Source: Aplysia californica
Lineage: Eukaryota
Assembly (NCBI RefSeq): GCF_000002075.1
Contig: NW_004797376.1
Span: 1,191,313-1,255,312, forward strand
Direction: 5' to 3'
Length of the DNA stretch: 64,000 nucleotides
Below, in pieces: positions 61,701 through 64,000 of this stretch. The number at the start of each line of letters is the position of its first letter. The first letter of the stretch is position 1. Under the pieces are notes generated by a model that ran no database searches, was not told where the DNA came from, and saw nothing but the letters and a program-made list of their open reading frames with translations. A program made the translations under genes and the position numbers.

Positions 61701-63986
61701 GGAGAGTCTGTGGACGGTTCTGGTGGAGACAGCGCCAGCTGGCTGACGGACACAGACTTGTGCTGGTCTGAGTTTTGTGTACGTTTTTCTTCTTGTTGGA
61801 GCAAATACGTGGGTCTCACAAGCTTGTCCCCTCTTCCCGATATTTTCTGGGAACTCGGTAGGTCCTCAGAGAAATCAGATTTAAACACGTTATGTTGCTC
61901 CTCCGACAACTCATGCTTAGTAAAACGATCCGACAAGTTGGCTTTGGGAGTAGGATCTTCTAGAGAATTTCTTACAGAGCTCACTGAGCGGTTTTCAATT
62001 CTGTTAGAGTCTGAAGAGGAAAACAAATCTTCCACGGTTGGATCAACTTCAATAGGAATGACCCTCGCTGAAATCCCCATCCCCGGTTCAAGAACCCTTT
62101 CAGATGCCAATGTCTCGAGGTCGCTTGGGTATGCATTGCGGAATCTGTGGTCTGACTCTGTAATAGATGTATAAAGCTGGAAATTCTGCGAGTCCGGGTC
62201 GTTGACGTAGCTGTGTAGATATCCTTTCCGCGCCATTCGCTCTCGGCGGGCCCGAGCTAGCAAATCTTCGTACTGACTAACAGCTGAAGCGGAGGCCGCA
62301 TGAGACGGACTTCCGATGGCCAGGTGATGGTACTGCTGGGGCGGACCCTCAAAAGGACTGTTCACGGCCGTGCTTGTGGGGCTGCTGGGAGTAGCGCCGT
62401 GATCAGAATGGTCACTCAAAAGCCTTGACCGAACGGAGGAGGAGCTAGAGTAATCCAGATTGAAAGCGGTTTTAGCTCCCATGTCTGTGGTCGCAGATAC
62501 TGGACGATTACGGTTGCTGAAGGGAATATACGTGGTCTCTTTCTCCACTGGAGACAACTGCCTGTATGTTTCTTTGTTTTCAGCATGAGAAAACTTTTTC
62601 GGCTGGGCAGATTCTAAATGTTTGGTGAAAATATCCTTTGAATGTGACCGCTTCCGGTACTGAAAGGTTTCTGGCTGTTCAATTTCTTCTTTGCCATACT
62701 TAAAGGTATCATGATGAGATCGCCGGTCAGTTAAACAGTCTTTCGTTTTTGGAAGCAATGTCGAATCTGAGCGACCTTTAGTAACATCACCCATGCGTTG
62801 AGAACTTGTAACTTCTGAAAGATCATTACTTTCAGTAGTCCCTCCTATAAGGTCCGGGGTTTGTCCCTGGTTCGAGGAGCCAATATCGGGCCTCAAAACA
62901 TTAAGTGGAGCCACCGCAAGAGCTTGTGGCGGGCTCAAATGATCCACAACTATTTCAGTATCCAAAGAAATCCCACCGTCTTTCGCAGAGAACTCGAGAC
63001 CAAAGAATGTATCCTTGGACGAGTTTGATCTTGTTAGGGTACCTGAAGCAGGAGCAAGCTGAAGAGGGCCTCCCTCGTGCGGGGCAGACATAGAGCGAAT
63101 GTGTAAATTAACTGGGTCCTCTTCAGAGGAATGTCTTGATTTAAAGCCTTGCACGTTAATCTCGTAAGGACTATTGACTTCAACAGCAGTAGTATCCGTG
63201 GAAGTTGAATCACTTTTGGCGACATGTTTGAGAGTTTGCTTTGTAACTTCGTCCCGAGTTAAATATTTCACATCGTCGTAAGTCGGAGACTCGTAACTAG
63301 TCGGTCTTTTTGGAATTTCACTGTACGATGGCAACGTTTCTAGAGATGAAGCCACGAACTGGTCTTCTTCATCATCAGGCATAGAGAGGTAGCGCCCTCT
63401 GTTATTTAATTTCGAGACAGAAACTTCTGGTTCTGAAAGCGAGACGTCAGGCTCAGAGACTGATCCCCGGAGGAGAGATGTTTCAGACTTAGACGGGACC
63501 GTGGGCAAACTTTCATCAGCTGAAAAAGAAACGTCTGGGGAGGACGATACAGCTTTTAGAATTGGGTTGTCATAGTTTCTTTTGAGACTTCTAACATTCG
63601 TCTTGACGTGTTTTTCATAGAGGTTTTCCGGCGTGCCAATGTGAGTCCCATAAATGGGACGATGTGCTGCTTGCCTCGAGGCGTTATCTTGAATTTGTAA
63701 GTATGACTGTTGGACCGCAAACGGAGCCGCCATATTGCTAGGGTGAGACTGTGAACACTCGCCCTGAGAGATTTTATCGTATTTGGAATGTAAATCTCCG
63801 AACGACACTGACTTTTTCACCTCAGCCGTGGCAAAGGGTGCTTTCTTCTTTAATGACGAAGGTAATTCGTCAGATGTCTTCACCGCTTTCTGATACCAGC
63901 CAAGTCTATCATTCAGCTTGGCAGCCTTTTGGAGGCCTCTATCTCTGTCAGGATCCCAGTGCATCCCGGCAGATGTTGTATTTGCG
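58717..63986 (-). CDS. Giant (5270 bp) exon encoding a ~1757-aa Ser-rich disordered region, probably of the SORBS/CAP gene
   Basis: Stop-free for >5.2 kb. Acceptor TTTTCTACAG|C at 63987/63986, donor CAA G|GTATGA at 58717/58716; the ORF reads through to TAA at 58694. Same strand as, and 3 kb upstream of, the SH3-side exons. Confidence 0.85.
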
Positions 63987-64000
63987 CTGTAGAAAAATTC

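Noticed and set aside
58745-62174. Plus-strand ORFs of up to 286 aa
   Set aside because: Antisense shadows of the giant minus-strand exon, with no motifs.

Overview
Eukaryotic (metazoan) draft-assembly DNA with seven N gaps. It is AT-rich and dense in transposable elements (TEs); the TE repertoire and (AGATCT)n runs suggest a mollusc/gastropod, which is an inference. Two convergent spliced genes can be reconstructed by hand. (1) An ABHD14A/B-like alpha/beta hydrolase on + (4 coding exons, 29905-34151, ~237 aa, SPSMSG nucleophile motif). (2) The 3' part of a SORBS/CAP (vinexin/ponsin/ArgBP2-family) adaptor on -, with three SH3 domains, a stop codon split by an intron, a probable ~7.7 kb 3' UTR, and an upstream 5.27 kb uninterrupted giant exon whose phase does not fit the next SH3-side exon. 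The left 24 kb is a TE graveyard: a DD34D mariner, a Tc1 remnant, a full-length decayed RTE LINE with target-site duplication (TSD) and a highly structured 5' end, and a ~212-bp satellite with a three-monomer higher-order repeat. The satellite hosts nested L2 > Sola1 > I-clade LINE, Helitron, MITE and RTE insertions. The most unusual signal is a pair of short (~130-200 bp) headless, TSD-flanked retro-element families. They sit mostly in sense orientation close to splice sites, and one copy has duplicated the ABHD14 splice donor. There is no prokaryotic-type system (CRISPR, operons). All calls are by eye, with no database search.
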